Origin: an uncultured Candidatus Saccharibacteria bacterium
Lineage (GTDB): Bacteria > Patescibacteriota > Dojkabacteria > SC72
NCBI GenBank assembly: GCA_964403155.1
Contig: CAYOEG010000001.1
Location: 21,550-85,549 of the forward strand
DNA: 64,000 nt
Direction of reading: 5' to 3'
The number at the start of each line of letters is the position of its first letter. Position 1 is the stretch's first letter. The notes under the pieces are model-generated. The model ran no database searches and was not told where the DNA came from. It saw only the letters and a list, made by a program, of their open reading frames with translations. The position numbers and the translations under genes are program-made. Shown here piece by piece: positions 9,494 through 20,341 of this stretch.

Positions 9494-11977
9494 ATGAAAG
9501 TATCAGTCAATATATTAAAACAGTTAGGGAACATAGAGCAGGAAAGCACAGACATTGTTAATGCAATCAAAGAGCACCTTGGGGAAGTTGAATCTGTTCA
9601 AGATCTATCTTCAGATTATGAAAATATCATAGTAGCAGAGATTGCAGAGAAAGCAGATCATCCTAATGCTGAGAAACTGGGTGTATACCAATTGAACATA
9701 GGACCAGAGGATAACGTACAAGTATTAGCCGGAGACAAGACACTAGAGATAGGAGACAAAATCGCATATCTAAAACCAGGTGCGAAGATTCCTTACACAA
9801 TATATTCGGAAGAAGAGCCAATTGTCATCGAACCTCGTAAAATGAGAGATATTATGTCCAATGGTATGATGGGTTCAGAAAAAGAGTTGAATCTTGGTCC
9901 AGACCATACTGTAGTCATGCGTCTCGCTAAAGATGCTGTCCCGGGCCAACCATTTGCACAATACTATCAACTTGATGACTGCATAATAGATGTAGAAAAC
10001 AAAGCATTAACAAATAGGGGAGACCTATTCGGCTTACTAGGGTTAGCTAGAGAAATAACTGTAATCTTCGGGAACAGCTTCAAAACTCCATCCTGGTATC
10101 TTGATCAATCTAAAGATCTATCTTCAGAAACAAATTGTTTGCCAATAGGGATTGCAAATGATGCAGAAGTACTTTGCGCAAGGTATACCGCAATTGCTAT
10201 GGATAATGTGACAATACAAGAATCACCATTGTGGCTAAAAAGCACACTCATTAAACTAGGATACAAACCAATTAACAATATAGTAGATATTACCAACTAT
10301 ATTTCGCATCTCGCAGGTCAACCATTGCATGCGTTTGACTATGACAAAGTTGTAACCAAAGACCCTAATAGTAATGGAATTGCTCATATCAATATACGAA
10401 TGGCAAAAGAAGGAGAAAGTATTCTTGGGCTTGATGGAAAAGTACACACACTTAATGATCGTGTCATGATTATCGCAGATAACACCAATCCAATTGCTAT
10501 CGCTGGCATCATGGGAGGTGCGGAAACAGAAGTAGATCAGAATACCAAAAGAATTATTATTGAATGTGCGAACTTTGACAAGACAAGCATTAGAAAGACC
10601 TCGATGATGTTAGGACTCTCCACGGAGGCTGCTACGAAGTTTAAGCATGCAATTTCAACCGAGCAATGTATTCCTGTTCTAAAAGAAACAGTAAAAGAAA
10701 TACAAGAGCTAGCAAATGGCAAGATCGCTTCCGATATCATTGATATTTACCAGACACCGGCTGTACAAAAAGAAATCACTTTCTCATTGGAAAATCTAAG
10801 ATTATTAACGGGGTTAGATCTTAGCAATGAGACTGTTTTACAGATACTATCTAATCTTGAATACGAAGTTGTTAGGGAGAAAGATGAAAACATAACAGTA
10901 AAAGCTCCACATTGGAGACAGGATATTGGCATAAAAGAGGATATCTTTGAAGATGTTGCAAGAATATACGGCTACAACAACATAGGACCAATACTTCCTA
11001 CCAAAGAACTTACACCTGCAAGAGACAATGGTATCTATGCGTTAAAACGAAATATTAGGCAATTGCTTTCAGATAATGGATGTAACGAAACGGATACATA
11101 TAGTTTTACTGATGCAAATACAATCAAGAGAGCAGGGCTCGATCCAGAGAAAGCATATTCTCTCAAGAATCCGCTTTCACCAGAACTTTCTCTAATGAGG
11201 ACATCTATCTTGCCAACCTTACTCTCAAAGGCTCAGTACAATATACAAGAGGGTATCGAGAAATTGGGATTGTTTGAAATGAACCTAGCACATCAGAAGG
11301 GATATTCAGAAAAAGATGGTTTACCAATAGAAGATTGGCATCTCAGTATGATTTTCACCTCAGCAGAAAAACGAGAAGACTCAGCATATTACCTAGCCAA
11401 GGTATATGCGGAGAAGATATTCGATATGGTTGGTATAAGACCAAATTACAAATTGATTGCAGATTCTTTAGAGGAAGACATTCCTGAGAATGTAAAATAT
11501 ATAATGTATATGTTTGATGCTAATAGTTCTGCTTTGATTCTCCATCAAGGCGAGGTTATTGGATTACTCGGAGAAATTGATAACAAGGTTAAAGTAAATT
11601 TCAAACTTCCCCAATTTACAGCTGGAGTTGATATAAATCTTGAAAAATTGATTGCACTAGAGAATAGTACAAAAGCAAGTCATAGGATTTCTAAATTCCC
11701 AGAGAGTAGGGTAGATCTCTGTTTTGAAGTGGAAAGTAATACTCTTTTTTCTGATCTTTATGAAATCATAAATAAAGAGGTAAATGGTGATGAACTGATA
11801 GGAACTACAACTTGTTTGGATATATATCAGGATAAAAAGGACAATACAAAGAAGAAAATAACCATGAGAGTCTCTATCAGAAATACTGAGAAGACTTTGG
11901 CCGATAAAGATTTGAAGAAAATTACAGAATCAATCTCTAGCAAGGTTACAAAATCTACAGGAGGAATCTTAATCTAG
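9494..11977 (+). CDS. pheT: Phenylalanine--tRNA ligase beta subunit
   Basis: HPNAEKL, NRGDL, INNIVDITNY, GQPLHAFD, PHWRQDI...EDVARIYGY; follows pheS. Confidence 0.97.
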   Translation: MKVSVNILKQLGNIEQESTDIVNAIKEHLGEVESVQDLSSDYENIIVAEIAEKADHPNAEKLGVYQLNIGPEDNVQVLAGDKTLEIGDKIAYLKPGAKIPYTIYSEEEPIVIEPRKMRDIMSNGMMGSEKELNLGPDHTVVMRLAKDAVPGQPFAQYYQLDDCIIDVENKALTNRGDLFGLLGLAREITVIFGNSFKTPSWYLDQSKDLSSETNCLPIGIANDAEVLCARYTAIAMDNVTIQESPLWLKSTLIKLGYKPINNIVDITNYISHLAGQPLHAFDYDKVVTKDPNSNGIAHINIRMAKEGESILGLDGKVHTLNDRVMIIADNTNPIAIAGIMGGAETEVDQNTKRIIIECANFDKTSIRKTSMMLGLSTEAATKFKHAISTEQCIPVLKETVKEIQELANGKIASDIIDIYQTPAVQKEITFSLENLRLLTGLDLSNETVLQILSNLEYEVVREKDENITVKAPHWRQDIGIKEDIFEDVARIYGYNNIGPILPTKELTPARDNGIYALKRNIRQLLSDNGCNETDTYSFTDANTIKRAGLDPEKAYSLKNPLSPELSLMRTSILPTLLSKAQYNIQEGIEKLGLFEMNLAHQKGYSEKDGLPIEDWHLSMIFTSAEKREDSAYYLAKVYAEKIFDMVGIRPNYKLIADSLEEDIPENVKYIMYMFDANSSALILHQGEVIGLLGEIDNKVKVNFKLPQFTAGVDINLEKLIALENSTKASHRISKFPESRVDLCFEVESNTLFSDLYEIINKEVNGDELIGTTTCLDIYQDKKDNTKKKITMRVSIRNTEKTLADKDLKKITESISSKVTKSTGGILI

Positions 11978-14925
11978 TAAGTAACAGTTATCGAAGGCGC
12001 AGTTATAGTCACACCGCTTTTTGATGCGGTAGCTTTAATTGTATATGTTCCATGTGCCATGCCAGATACATTCCAAGTATATCTCCAACCATCTCCACCA
12101 CTAGTGTCAGTACCACTTGCAACAGTACTACCTCCACTTACAACATAAAATGTGACACTATCAACAGAGCCACCAGTAGGATTAGCGATAATATCAGTAT
12201 TTCCTGTGATAGTTTTTCCATCTTCAGGATTTATTATACTTAATGAAATACTAGATCCTGCCGCAAGAACATTAATATTTACATTTGCAGTATTTGATTT
12301 ACCATAATTATCAACTGCAGTTACATTCACAGTATGTGTACCTATGCTTGTGGACGCAGGTACAACATAACTAATTGTAAAACTTCCATTGGCTTCAACA
12401 TTTGCACCCGCAATACTACTCCCATCAAACTTTACAGTAAAACTAGAAATACTCTCTAAAAATGCCACCGATCCTGAAATTGTCAAAGTACTTCCTGCTT
12501 CGACAGATTGATTCGCAGAAGGTGCAGCAATGTCTACAACAGGTGCATTATCAGGACCTAAAGGCAATGCACAAACTGCAGTAGCTGGCTCAGAAGTTAG
12601 ATATACTGATCCCTCCATCCCAGTCAAATATTTCTCATATGCTGCTTGTTGTAAAGTATTCGATAATTTATTTGTGATAACGTACTTAGTTGTAGTCAAA
12701 CCATACTTCTGTGCCGCAGAAAGGTTGGATGGAACTAAATTAGTAGAGGCACAAACTTCAACAGCCTTCCTTGTATCAGCCGCAGGTGCGCCACCATCAA
12801 CATACACAGAAGCTTCTTTTGTACATCCACTTCCCTCCGCAGGAGAAGCTCCAGTATCAGTACAAACTGTAGTAGATAATACACCCGCTGGTCGATTGTA
12901 TGTCCCTGGGACATATGTATCCGCAACTCTCTTTACAAATGAATTCGCAATACGTAACGGTATAGTTGATCCCCAAGCGCCTGGTGCAACCTCACCATTA
13001 TTATTTCCATTCCATACTGCAACAACAAGATTCTGATAGTAAAGAATTGTAGTCAAATCCTTTGGTCCATCAGTAGTTCCTGTTTTCCCACAAATTCTCT
13101 TTCCATTTATTGTGTAGTATCCATTATCTGGACGATCATTAAAACCAGCGAGATCACAGAGCATCCAGTTCACAAGATATATTTGATTTTCTTTGTACAC
13201 ACGATTACCCACAGGTTCTTTGAATTCCTGCAAAACCTCTCCACTAGAATCTTCAACCTTCAATAGGGCGATAGTATCATATTTAGTACCACCATTAGCT
13301 AATACAGAATATGCAGCAGCATGTTCTAACAACGTCTCTTCACCAGAACCTAAGGCTAAACTTAAACCATATCCAGCCTTATCTGAAAGACTTGTTATAC
13401 CAACTGTCTCAGCTGTCTTTAAGAAATTATCAATTCCTACCATCTGTAATGTATATACTGCAGGGACATTTCTTGAGTATACCAGGGCTTTTCTTGCGGT
13501 CATTAACCCAATATTTTTCGAATCCCAGTTTTTAGGATCGTAAGTTCCAAAGCTGATTTGTTCTAGATCTGGAGCTTCTGTCCAAGGACCATAACCTTGA
13601 GTAATTGCAGTTAGATAGACAAATGGTTTGATCGAAGAACCCATTTGCCTTTTACTAACTGTGATATTTACATTCCCATCAACTCTTGGATCTTCAACAT
13701 TCCAATAATCCACAGAACCAACCATCGCTAAAACCTGCCCATTATTAGGATCAAGAACAACCATTGCACCATTATTAACATTATTTTTTCTTCCACTATC
13801 TACACCTTTCTGGATCTCTTCCTCTGCAATCTGTTGAGTAGAGTAATCAAGTGTAGTTGTGACCTTCAAGCCACCTCTTTCTACACGATCAATACCATAC
13901 TCATCTACAAGGAGCTGTTTAACATAGAAGACAAAATGAGGAGCTTTGATATCAATTACTTTATCACTGTAGACAATCTCTTCATTCCGAGCAGCCTCTA
14001 TTTCCTCATCCGTAACCCCAGTCATATCCTTATGCTTTTGCATCTGGTCAAGCACATAATTTCTTCTGACATCTGCCATATCTGGGTTGGTACCATAGAG
14101 TGGAGAATACACACCAGGGCTTTGAATTAAACCCGCGAGGACAGCACTTTCAGCAAGAGTAAGCTCACTAACATCCTTGCCAAAATATGCATTTGCTGCA
14201 GCCTGGAAACCATAATTTACACCACCCAAAGGAATTTCATTCATATACATCTGCAAAATCTCATCCTTAGTCAAAGTTTGCTCCACCTGCATTGTAATTA
14301 AAATTTCCTTTATTTTTCTCAGATATGTTTGATCATATGCCTCATCTCCAAGAACATCATAAAGGATTGTATTCCTAACAAGCTGTTGAGTAATGGTACT
14401 AGCACCACCAGTAATACCGCCGGAAGTAATATTACGTAGAGCCGCAGAAGCAATCCCCTTGTAGTCAAGGCCCTTGTGCTGATAGAACTCTATATCTTCC
14501 GCAGATAATACTGCCCATTTTGTGTAATCAGGGATCTTATCTATAGATACAAATTCTCTGTTCTGATTTCCGTAAATTGTATAAAGGAGGGTTCCATTTC
14601 TATCAAATATCTGAGTACTCTTTTCAGAAGTCCTAGATACTAATTCATCCGGAGAAGGCAACGATTTCTGAAGATTTTTAAGGAAAATACCTACTACTAA
14701 AAGAATAATACAACCAATGAAGAAAAGAATGCCGACACCAATATATAGTATCTTCTTCATTTTGGGCTTCATTGGCTTCTTAGTTTTTACTCGAGAGCTC
14801 TTCGATGGATTTGTATCGCTAAATCTCTTGAACACATTATACGATGCTAATCCATGTGATCTACTAATGGATCTTCTTGCAGAACTTGGTCTTCTAGAGT
14901 TAGAAATCCCTACGCTATATTTCAT
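11974..14925 (-). CDS. Class A penicillin-binding protein (PBP1A family) with C-terminal Ig-like domains
   Basis: Transglycosylase motifs AEDIEFYQH, GASTITQQL, RKIKE; transpeptidase motifs SSIK, SRN, KTG. Confidence 0.95.
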   Translation of the reverse strand: MKYSVGISNSRRPSSARRSISRSHGLASYNVFKRFSDTNPSKSSRVKTKKPMKPKMKKILYIGVGILFFIGCIILLVVGIFLKNLQKSLPSPDELVSRTSEKSTQIFDRNGTLLYTIYGNQNREFVSIDKIPDYTKWAVLSAEDIEFYQHKGLDYKGIASAALRNITSGGITGGASTITQQLVRNTILYDVLGDEAYDQTYLRKIKEILITMQVEQTLTKDEILQMYMNEIPLGGVNYGFQAAANAYFGKDVSELTLAESAVLAGLIQSPGVYSPLYGTNPDMADVRRNYVLDQMQKHKDMTGVTDEEIEAARNEEIVYSDKVIDIKAPHFVFYVKQLLVDEYGIDRVERGGLKVTTTLDYSTQQIAEEEIQKGVDSGRKNNVNNGAMVVLDPNNGQVLAMVGSVDYWNVEDPRVDGNVNITVSKRQMGSSIKPFVYLTAITQGYGPWTEAPDLEQISFGTYDPKNWDSKNIGLMTARKALVYSRNVPAVYTLQMVGIDNFLKTAETVGITSLSDKAGYGLSLALGSGEETLLEHAAAYSVLANGGTKYDTIALLKVEDSSGEVLQEFKEPVGNRVYKENQIYLVNWMLCDLAGFNDRPDNGYYTINGKRICGKTGTTDGPKDLTTILYYQNLVVAVWNGNNNGEVAPGAWGSTIPLRIANSFVKRVADTYVPGTYNRPAGVLSTTVCTDTGASPAEGSGCTKEASVYVDGGAPAADTRKAVEVCASTNLVPSNLSAAQKYGLTTTKYVITNKLSNTLQQAAYEKYLTGMEGSVYLTSEPATAVCALPLGPDNAPVVDIAAPSANQSVEAGSTLTISGSVAFLESISSFTVKFDGSSIAGANVEANGSFTISYVVPASTSIGTHTVNVTAVDNYGKSNTANVNINVLAAGSSISLSIINPEDGKTITGNTDIIANPTGGSVDSVTFYVVSGGSTVASGTDTSGGDGWRYTWNVSGMAHGTYTIKATASKSGVTITAPSITVTY

Positions 14926-15038
14926 TCTTTTCTGTATCTTGGCAGATTATATATATACTCAGACTATATATAATTTACCTTATTTATTCAAGCCAAGAAA
15001 ATCGTTAAGAGTGTTAAACTGTGTGATATAATTTCGAT

Positions 15039-16331
15039 ATGGAAAACAAACTTTCAACAGCACCATACAAAGGAGCGACAGATGTATATCCTAAAGATAT
15101 GCTAACTAAATCATATCTTTTTGATATCTGGAAATCAGTAGCCGAGAGATTTGGATTTGAAGAATATGATACCCCAATTCTAGAGGAAGCAGAGCTTTAC
15201 AGAGCGAAATCAGGAGATGAGCTTGCTAATACACAACTTTACAATTTTGTAGATAAGGGTGGGAGAGAGGTTGCCATAAGACCAGAGATGACACCATCTC
15301 TTGCAAGAATGGTAGCCGCAAAGAAAAATGAGTTAATATTTCCATTAAGATGGTTCAACATTAGCAAATACTACAGATATGAGAAGCCACAGAAGGGTCG
15401 AAGACGGGAATTCATTCAACTTAATATCGACATATTAGGTGTTCCTACATTAGAAGCAGAGGTTGAGATATTCCAGTATATTCTCACCGTTATGAAAGAA
15501 TTAAAAGCGCCTTCAAATACGTATGAGATTCGTGTTAATAGTAGATATCTCCTAGACTATCTTTTTGAAAATATTCTAAAACTTTCCTTAGAGAAAAAAC
15601 CTAAGGTTGCAAGAGCTATAGATAACTACACAAAGCTAAGTAATACTGAGTTTGTTGAATATCTGAAGGAACTTGAATTAACAAAAACTCAAATCGAGAG
15701 TTTACTGGATTTCCTCAAATGGGATCTAAAGGATCTAAAAAAGATTGAAGATAAATCTTCTGGAGCAAAGGATTTACTAGAATTGTTCGATAGAATAAAA
15801 ACTCTTGGCTTAACAAATATCCGCTTTGAACCATCTATCATGAGAGGGCTAGCATACTACACTGGTACCGTCATAGAGATGTTTGATATCGGAAGTAAAG
15901 AGAATCCACGCGCACTATTCGGAGGAGGAAGGTATGATGATCTTCTTTCTATGTTTGGACAGGAGAAGCTCCCAGCATTTGGCATTGGTTGGGGAGATAT
16001 AACCACAGAAGACTATCTTAGGACCTATGATCTAATTCCAAAAGAAACAACAAAGACGAAAGTCTTTATTCCCTTGTTAGATCAAAAGCTATACCCATAT
16101 ATTCAGGAAATCGCAAGAAAACTAAGAGATTCAAAAATCAATGTGGAAGTCCAACTAGTTATAGCAAAGCTTGGGAATCAACTCAAATATGCATCCAAAA
16201 AGAATATCCCATGGGTAATCATAATTGGAGATGAGGAAAAAGTTGCAAAACAAATGCAACTCAAAAATATGGCATCTGGTGAACAATCATTGGTTTCTCT
16301 TGAGGAAGCTATCAATACTCTCAACCTGTAA
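15039..16331 (+). CDS. hisS: Histidine--tRNA ligase
   Basis: RPEMTPSLAR, YRYEKPQKGRRREFIQ, RGLAYYTG, GGGRYDDL. Confidence 0.98.
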   Translation: MENKLSTAPYKGATDVYPKDMLTKSYLFDIWKSVAERFGFEEYDTPILEEAELYRAKSGDELANTQLYNFVDKGGREVAIRPEMTPSLARMVAAKKNELIFPLRWFNISKYYRYEKPQKGRRREFIQLNIDILGVPTLEAEVEIFQYILTVMKELKAPSNTYEIRVNSRYLLDYLFENILKLSLEKKPKVARAIDNYTKLSNTEFVEYLKELELTKTQIESLLDFLKWDLKDLKKIEDKSSGAKDLLELFDRIKTLGLTNIRFEPSIMRGLAYYTGTVIEMFDIGSKENPRALFGGGRYDDLLSMFGQEKLPAFGIGWGDITTEDYLRTYDLIPKETTKTKVFIPLLDQKLYPYIQEIARKLRDSKINVEVQLVIAKLGNQLKYASKKNIPWVIIIGDEEKVAKQMQLKNMASGEQSLVSLEEAINTLNL

Positions 16332-16368
16332 ATATTTTGTAAGAATTGTGTAGTAGTATTTACCCATT

Positions 16369-17040
16369 ATGACTTATGAGGTAGCGTGCCTATTACATCA
16401 TCAAAGGTGTAAGGATATTTTTCGTGCAGTACACATACAAGATGTTAGAATTACACTCTTACACGAGGTTTCAGAGTTTATCCAACAAGTCAAAGCCCCA
16501 AAATACGCCCTTTTAATCGTAGATACTAGGCATAAAGATTCTGAAAAATTACTAAGAAATATAATTTCCAAAGAGTTATCCAATTCAACGATAATTATTA
16601 CATCACAGTTTAACCAAGAAACTTTTCGAAAATATGTAAAGCTAGGATATCGATATATTGTCGATATTGATACATTTGTGTGTCTTGTGCCTACAATATT
16701 AGAGAATTTAGTAGAATTTATTCAGAATGATTTCCAAGCCCCAAGAGAAATTACGAAAAGAGGAGTTACGATTTCAATTGAATGTGGGTACATTATCTTT
16801 CATGGTTGTAAAATAACAACATCAAGATCAGCATTATTACTTCTTTGTGCGCTATTAAATTCTAATGGCTATTGCAATTCTACATATCTTCAAAGTTACT
16901 TAGAGAAAGCAATCAAAACAGAGGTATCATCATCATACATAACAGTTACAATCAGTAGGTTAAATAGAGAGATATACATTGCAACAGGCATGAAGATTAT
17001 TAAAAACCGATATGGTTTCGGCTACTATCTGGATATCTAA
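16369..17040 (+). CDS. Divergent OmpR-like regulator (degenerate receiver plus winged helix)
   Basis: C-terminal TVTISRLNREI...IIKNRYGFGYYL resembles the OmpR wHTH; ALLIVD in the N-domain. Confidence 0.55.
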   Translation: MTYEVACLLHHQRCKDIFRAVHIQDVRITLLHEVSEFIQQVKAPKYALLIVDTRHKDSEKLLRNIISKELSNSTIIITSQFNQETFRKYVKLGYRYIVDIDTFVCLVPTILENLVEFIQNDFQAPREITKRGVTISIECGYIIFHGCKITTSRSALLLLCALLNSNGYCNSTYLQSYLEKAIKTEVSSSYITVTISRLNREIYIATGMKIIKNRYGFGYYLDI

Positions 17041-19649
17041 ATCTTCTTCTTCCACTCAGATATTTTGTTTAATGCTTCTAGTGGCGTCAAATTATCAAGA
17101 TTTAATTTCTGTATCTCTTGTTCTACTTCTGAATCTTTTGCTGTAAAAAGTGGGAATTGGAAGGCTCCGTTTATCTCTTTCTTATTATTTCCCTCCTCTA
17201 CAGAAGAGGCAAACATTTCTGTATCTCTTAACTCATTTTTCTTTTCAAACATACTCTTTTGTTCAAAACTTTCAAGTATTTCATTAGCACGCTTAATAAT
17301 TTTTGTCGGGAGCCCAGCCATCTTTGCTACATAGATTCCATAACTTCTATCTGTTCCTCCTTTTACAATCTTCCTAAGGAATATAACAGTACCTTCTTCG
17401 AGATCTTCTTCTACAAGTACATTGTAATTCTGTACTTTCTCGGGAAATTTCTCTGAGAGTTTCAAAAGCTCATGGTAGTGAGTAGCAAACAAGGTTCTAG
17501 CCTTACCCTCATTTACAAGATATTCAGCAATAGCCCAGGCAATACTAACTCCATCATATGTACTTGTACCTCGTCCAACCTCATCCAAAACAATCAAGCT
17601 ATACTTGGTAGCATTGTTTATAATATTCGCAGCCTCATCCATCTCGACCATGAATGTACTCCTTCCTCTAGAAAGATCGTCCGATGCACCAACTCTTGTA
17701 AATATCCTATCTACAATCGATATGTTTGCCTCTGATGCAGATACAAAACTGCCTATCTGTGCCATCAATACAATAGTTGCAACCTGTCTAATATATGTTG
17801 ACTTACCAGACATGTTTGGGCCAGTAAGGATAGCCATACATGACTCATTAAAATTGAGCAAAGTATCGTTTGATATGAATTCTTCAGATGAGATTTTCTC
17901 AACAATAGGGTGACGACCTTTCTTAATTTCAAGAGTTCCATCTTGCTCACCAATTTCATATACAGTTGGTTTAACATAGTTGTTCTGAATCGCAACATAT
18001 GCAAAATTAGATAGTACATCAATATTTGAAACGAATTGTGCAATGATATGTAATTCTTCAAGGTAGGGGATAAAGGTATCTCTAAATTCACTAAATATTT
18101 TGTATTCTAATGCACCTATTTTCTCTTGTGCATTCAAAATTATATTCTCCTTCTCTTTTAGTTCTTCTGTAATGAATCGCTCCGCATTCACGAGCGTCTG
18201 CTTTCGGATATATCTTTCTGGGACTTTGTTTAGATGTGTATTTGTAACTTCTATGTAATACCCGAATACTTTGTTGAAGCTAATTTTTAATGATGTGATA
18301 CCTGTACGTGCTTTCTCCTCTTCCTCAAATTTGTTCAACCATGATTTGCTATCTCCACTTAATGATCTTAATTCATCCACCTCAAGATTGTATCCTGTTT
18401 TGATAATTCCACCTTCTGTAAGGGTAGGGGGAGGATCGTCTGAAATGGTTTTCTCTATATCCTCAATGAGTTTACCCATTAGCTCCTTGTCTATATCTAT
18501 TTTCATTCCAAGTTCTTTTTCCAAAAGCTCAGATATATCAAGAATATTTTTTAATGATGCTTGAAGTGCATTAAAATCTCTTCCATTAGCTCTATTTAAT
18601 CCAATTTTCCCAACTATTCTATCAATATCATTTACATTACTTAAAGCTTCTCTTACTTTTTCTAAGACAGATGAGTTTTTAACAAATTCCTCAACGGTAC
18701 TTAGTCTTTCCTCTATGCTTTTCTTGTCTATTAACGGATTCAATATCCATGAGTAGAGGAGTCTTCTTCCCATTCGGGTAGAGGTTTGATCTAGTACTCC
18801 AAAGAGTGAATCGGATATATTTCCGCTGTATGCACTGGCTACAAGTTCCAAATTTCTAATAGTTGCTCTGTCCAGTACCATTGTCCTGTCTGTGTTCACT
18901 CGTTTGGGTTTGAGGATGTGTTTAGGGTCCATTAACTGAGTTTCTTTAATGTAATCCAAACACATTCCTACAGATATGATGTCTTGAGAATCAGTTGAGA
19001 TGTTTAGGCTTTCAATATTTTTAATGTCATAGAAGTCTTTAACTATCTCTTGTGCATATTCTTTGTTTTTGAGATTTTTACTTACAAAATGGACTGGTGT
19101 ATTGGGGAATATGAGGGTTTCTTCCCCTTCTAATACCAAAACTTCTTCAGGATAGTAGGAGGACAATATATTGTTTATGGTGTTCTCTGTATATTTCTCT
19201 GTTATGAGTAGGAACTCTCCTGTAGATACGTCACAGAGAGATATGGAAAGTATTTTCTTTTCTAGGTAGAAGCTAGCAAGGTATGAGTTTTTTACTACAT
19301 TGGCTTCATCTCCGTCTAGTGTTCCTGGTGTTACTATTCTTGTTACTCCTCTTTTTACTATGCCTTTTGCAAATTTAGGATCTTCTAGTTGGTCTACTAC
19401 CACCACACAGTATCCTGCTTCTATGAGTTTGGGTAGGTATTGGTCTATGGCTTTGTGAGGGAATCCAGCTAGTGGTACTTTGTTATTTTCTTTGTTTCTA
19501 GCAGTTAGGGTTATGTTTAATACTTTGGATGTTAGTTTGGCATCTTCTCCAAAACTTTCAAAGAAATCTCCCATTCTGTAGAGTAGTATTTTATCTGGGT
19601 ATTGCTTCTTAAAACCCAGATATTGTTTCATCATTGGTGTATCTTCCAT
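17037..19649 (-). CDS. mutS: DNA mismatch repair protein MutS
   Basis: TPMMKQY, YRMGDFFE, TGPNMSGKSTYIRQ, STFMVEM, DEVGRGTST, FATHYHEL; start placed at the ATG 8 nt after TG-n-TATACT. Confidence 0.98.
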   Translation of the reverse strand: MEDTPMMKQYLGFKKQYPDKILLYRMGDFFESFGEDAKLTSKVLNITLTARNKENNKVPLAGFPHKAIDQYLPKLIEAGYCVVVVDQLEDPKFAKGIVKRGVTRIVTPGTLDGDEANVVKNSYLASFYLEKKILSISLCDVSTGEFLLITEKYTENTINNILSSYYPEEVLVLEGEETLIFPNTPVHFVSKNLKNKEYAQEIVKDFYDIKNIESLNISTDSQDIISVGMCLDYIKETQLMDPKHILKPKRVNTDRTMVLDRATIRNLELVASAYSGNISDSLFGVLDQTSTRMGRRLLYSWILNPLIDKKSIEERLSTVEEFVKNSSVLEKVREALSNVNDIDRIVGKIGLNRANGRDFNALQASLKNILDISELLEKELGMKIDIDKELMGKLIEDIEKTISDDPPPTLTEGGIIKTGYNLEVDELRSLSGDSKSWLNKFEEEEKARTGITSLKISFNKVFGYYIEVTNTHLNKVPERYIRKQTLVNAERFITEELKEKENIILNAQEKIGALEYKIFSEFRDTFIPYLEELHIIAQFVSNIDVLSNFAYVAIQNNYVKPTVYEIGEQDGTLEIKKGRHPIVEKISSEEFISNDTLLNFNESCMAILTGPNMSGKSTYIRQVATIVLMAQIGSFVSASEANISIVDRIFTRVGASDDLSRGRSTFMVEMDEAANIINNATKYSLIVLDEVGRGTSTYDGVSIAWAIAEYLVNEGKARTLFATHYHELLKLSEKFPEKVQNYNVLVEEDLEEGTVIFLRKIVKGGTDRSYGIYVAKMAGLPTKIIKRANEILESFEQKSMFEKKNELRDTEMFASSVEEGNNKKEINGAFQFPLFTAKDSEVEQEIQKLNLDNLTPLEALNKISEWKKKI

Positions 19650-19747
19650 GTATGGAAAGTATATCATAGAAACCTATAATGAGAGAAATAGAAATTACAT
19701 CAAATAGTGAATTTATTAAAAGGGCCTGTGGATACGATTATTATAGG

Positions 19748-19776
19748 TTGTTGAATCTCTTTTGGAATGATATAAT
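19748..19776 (+). promoter_or_regulatory. sigma70 promoter driving a putative small RNA
   Basis: TTGTTG-17 nt-TATAAT with extended TG; no + strand ORF follows. Confidence 0.6.
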
Positions 19777-19782
19777 ATTTAA

Positions 19783-19875
19783 GTAATGAGGTATCACCTC
19801 AGGGGAGCTTTGCTTAAAGCAATAGCTTGACACTGACCTTTCTGAGAGTTGTAGGGAATAACAGCTCTCACTTTT
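19783..19875 (+). ncRNA. Putative structured small RNA convergent with the DUF3800 operon
   Basis: Hairpin TGAGGT/ACCTCA, stem AGCT-TTGCTT/AAGCAA-T-AGCT, terminal TGAGAGTTGT/ACAGCTCTCA followed by CTTTT. Confidence 0.55.
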
Positions 19876-20336
19876 TATAAAACTTCCTTCCATTGATTTC
19901 TTTTTATTTTTCTCTCTTTTGCCTCTTTCGTTGTATGAAAAATTGTCACAAAGTCATAATATGGATTCGTATTTGAAAACTTCTTGTTAAAAACAATTGA
20001 TTTATTACATGACTTGATGTAAAAGACGGTCTTGCGATAACACACGTCTTCATAAATTACATATCCGCTTTCATTTCCTAATGCAAGATCTTCTAAAACA
20101 CAAAGATGCCGAGCTCGATTTTTTGAGAATATTGTTTTTCTATCCTTTTTTGTACGAGGAAGATCTTTATTATCACTATCAAAAAAGGCATGTAAGAATG
20201 TTGATTCTTCGAAGATAATTGGAAGATCTTCAATCTTAAATGGATTCTTAATCTCATGGGAAGGTATAACCAAATGATTTATATACCATTCCTTGTACTT
20301 TTGTGGATCATCTCCACACGACAGAATGGATGACAT
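19875..20336 (-). CDS. Hypothetical protein, possibly a PBECR/RelE-like ribonuclease fold
   Basis: F.HAFF...FSKNRARHL...FVTIF pattern recalls PBECR-type nucleases (weak); coupled to the DUF3800 gene. Confidence 0.4.
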   Translation of the reverse strand: MSSILSCGDDPQKYKEWYINHLVIPSHEIKNPFKIEDLPIIFEESTFLHAFFDSDNKDLPRTKKDRKTIFSKNRARHLCVLEDLALGNESGYVIYEDVCYRKTVFYIKSCNKSIVFNKKFSNTNPYYDFVTIFHTTKEAKERKIKRNQWKEVL

Positions 20337-20341
20337 ATTGT

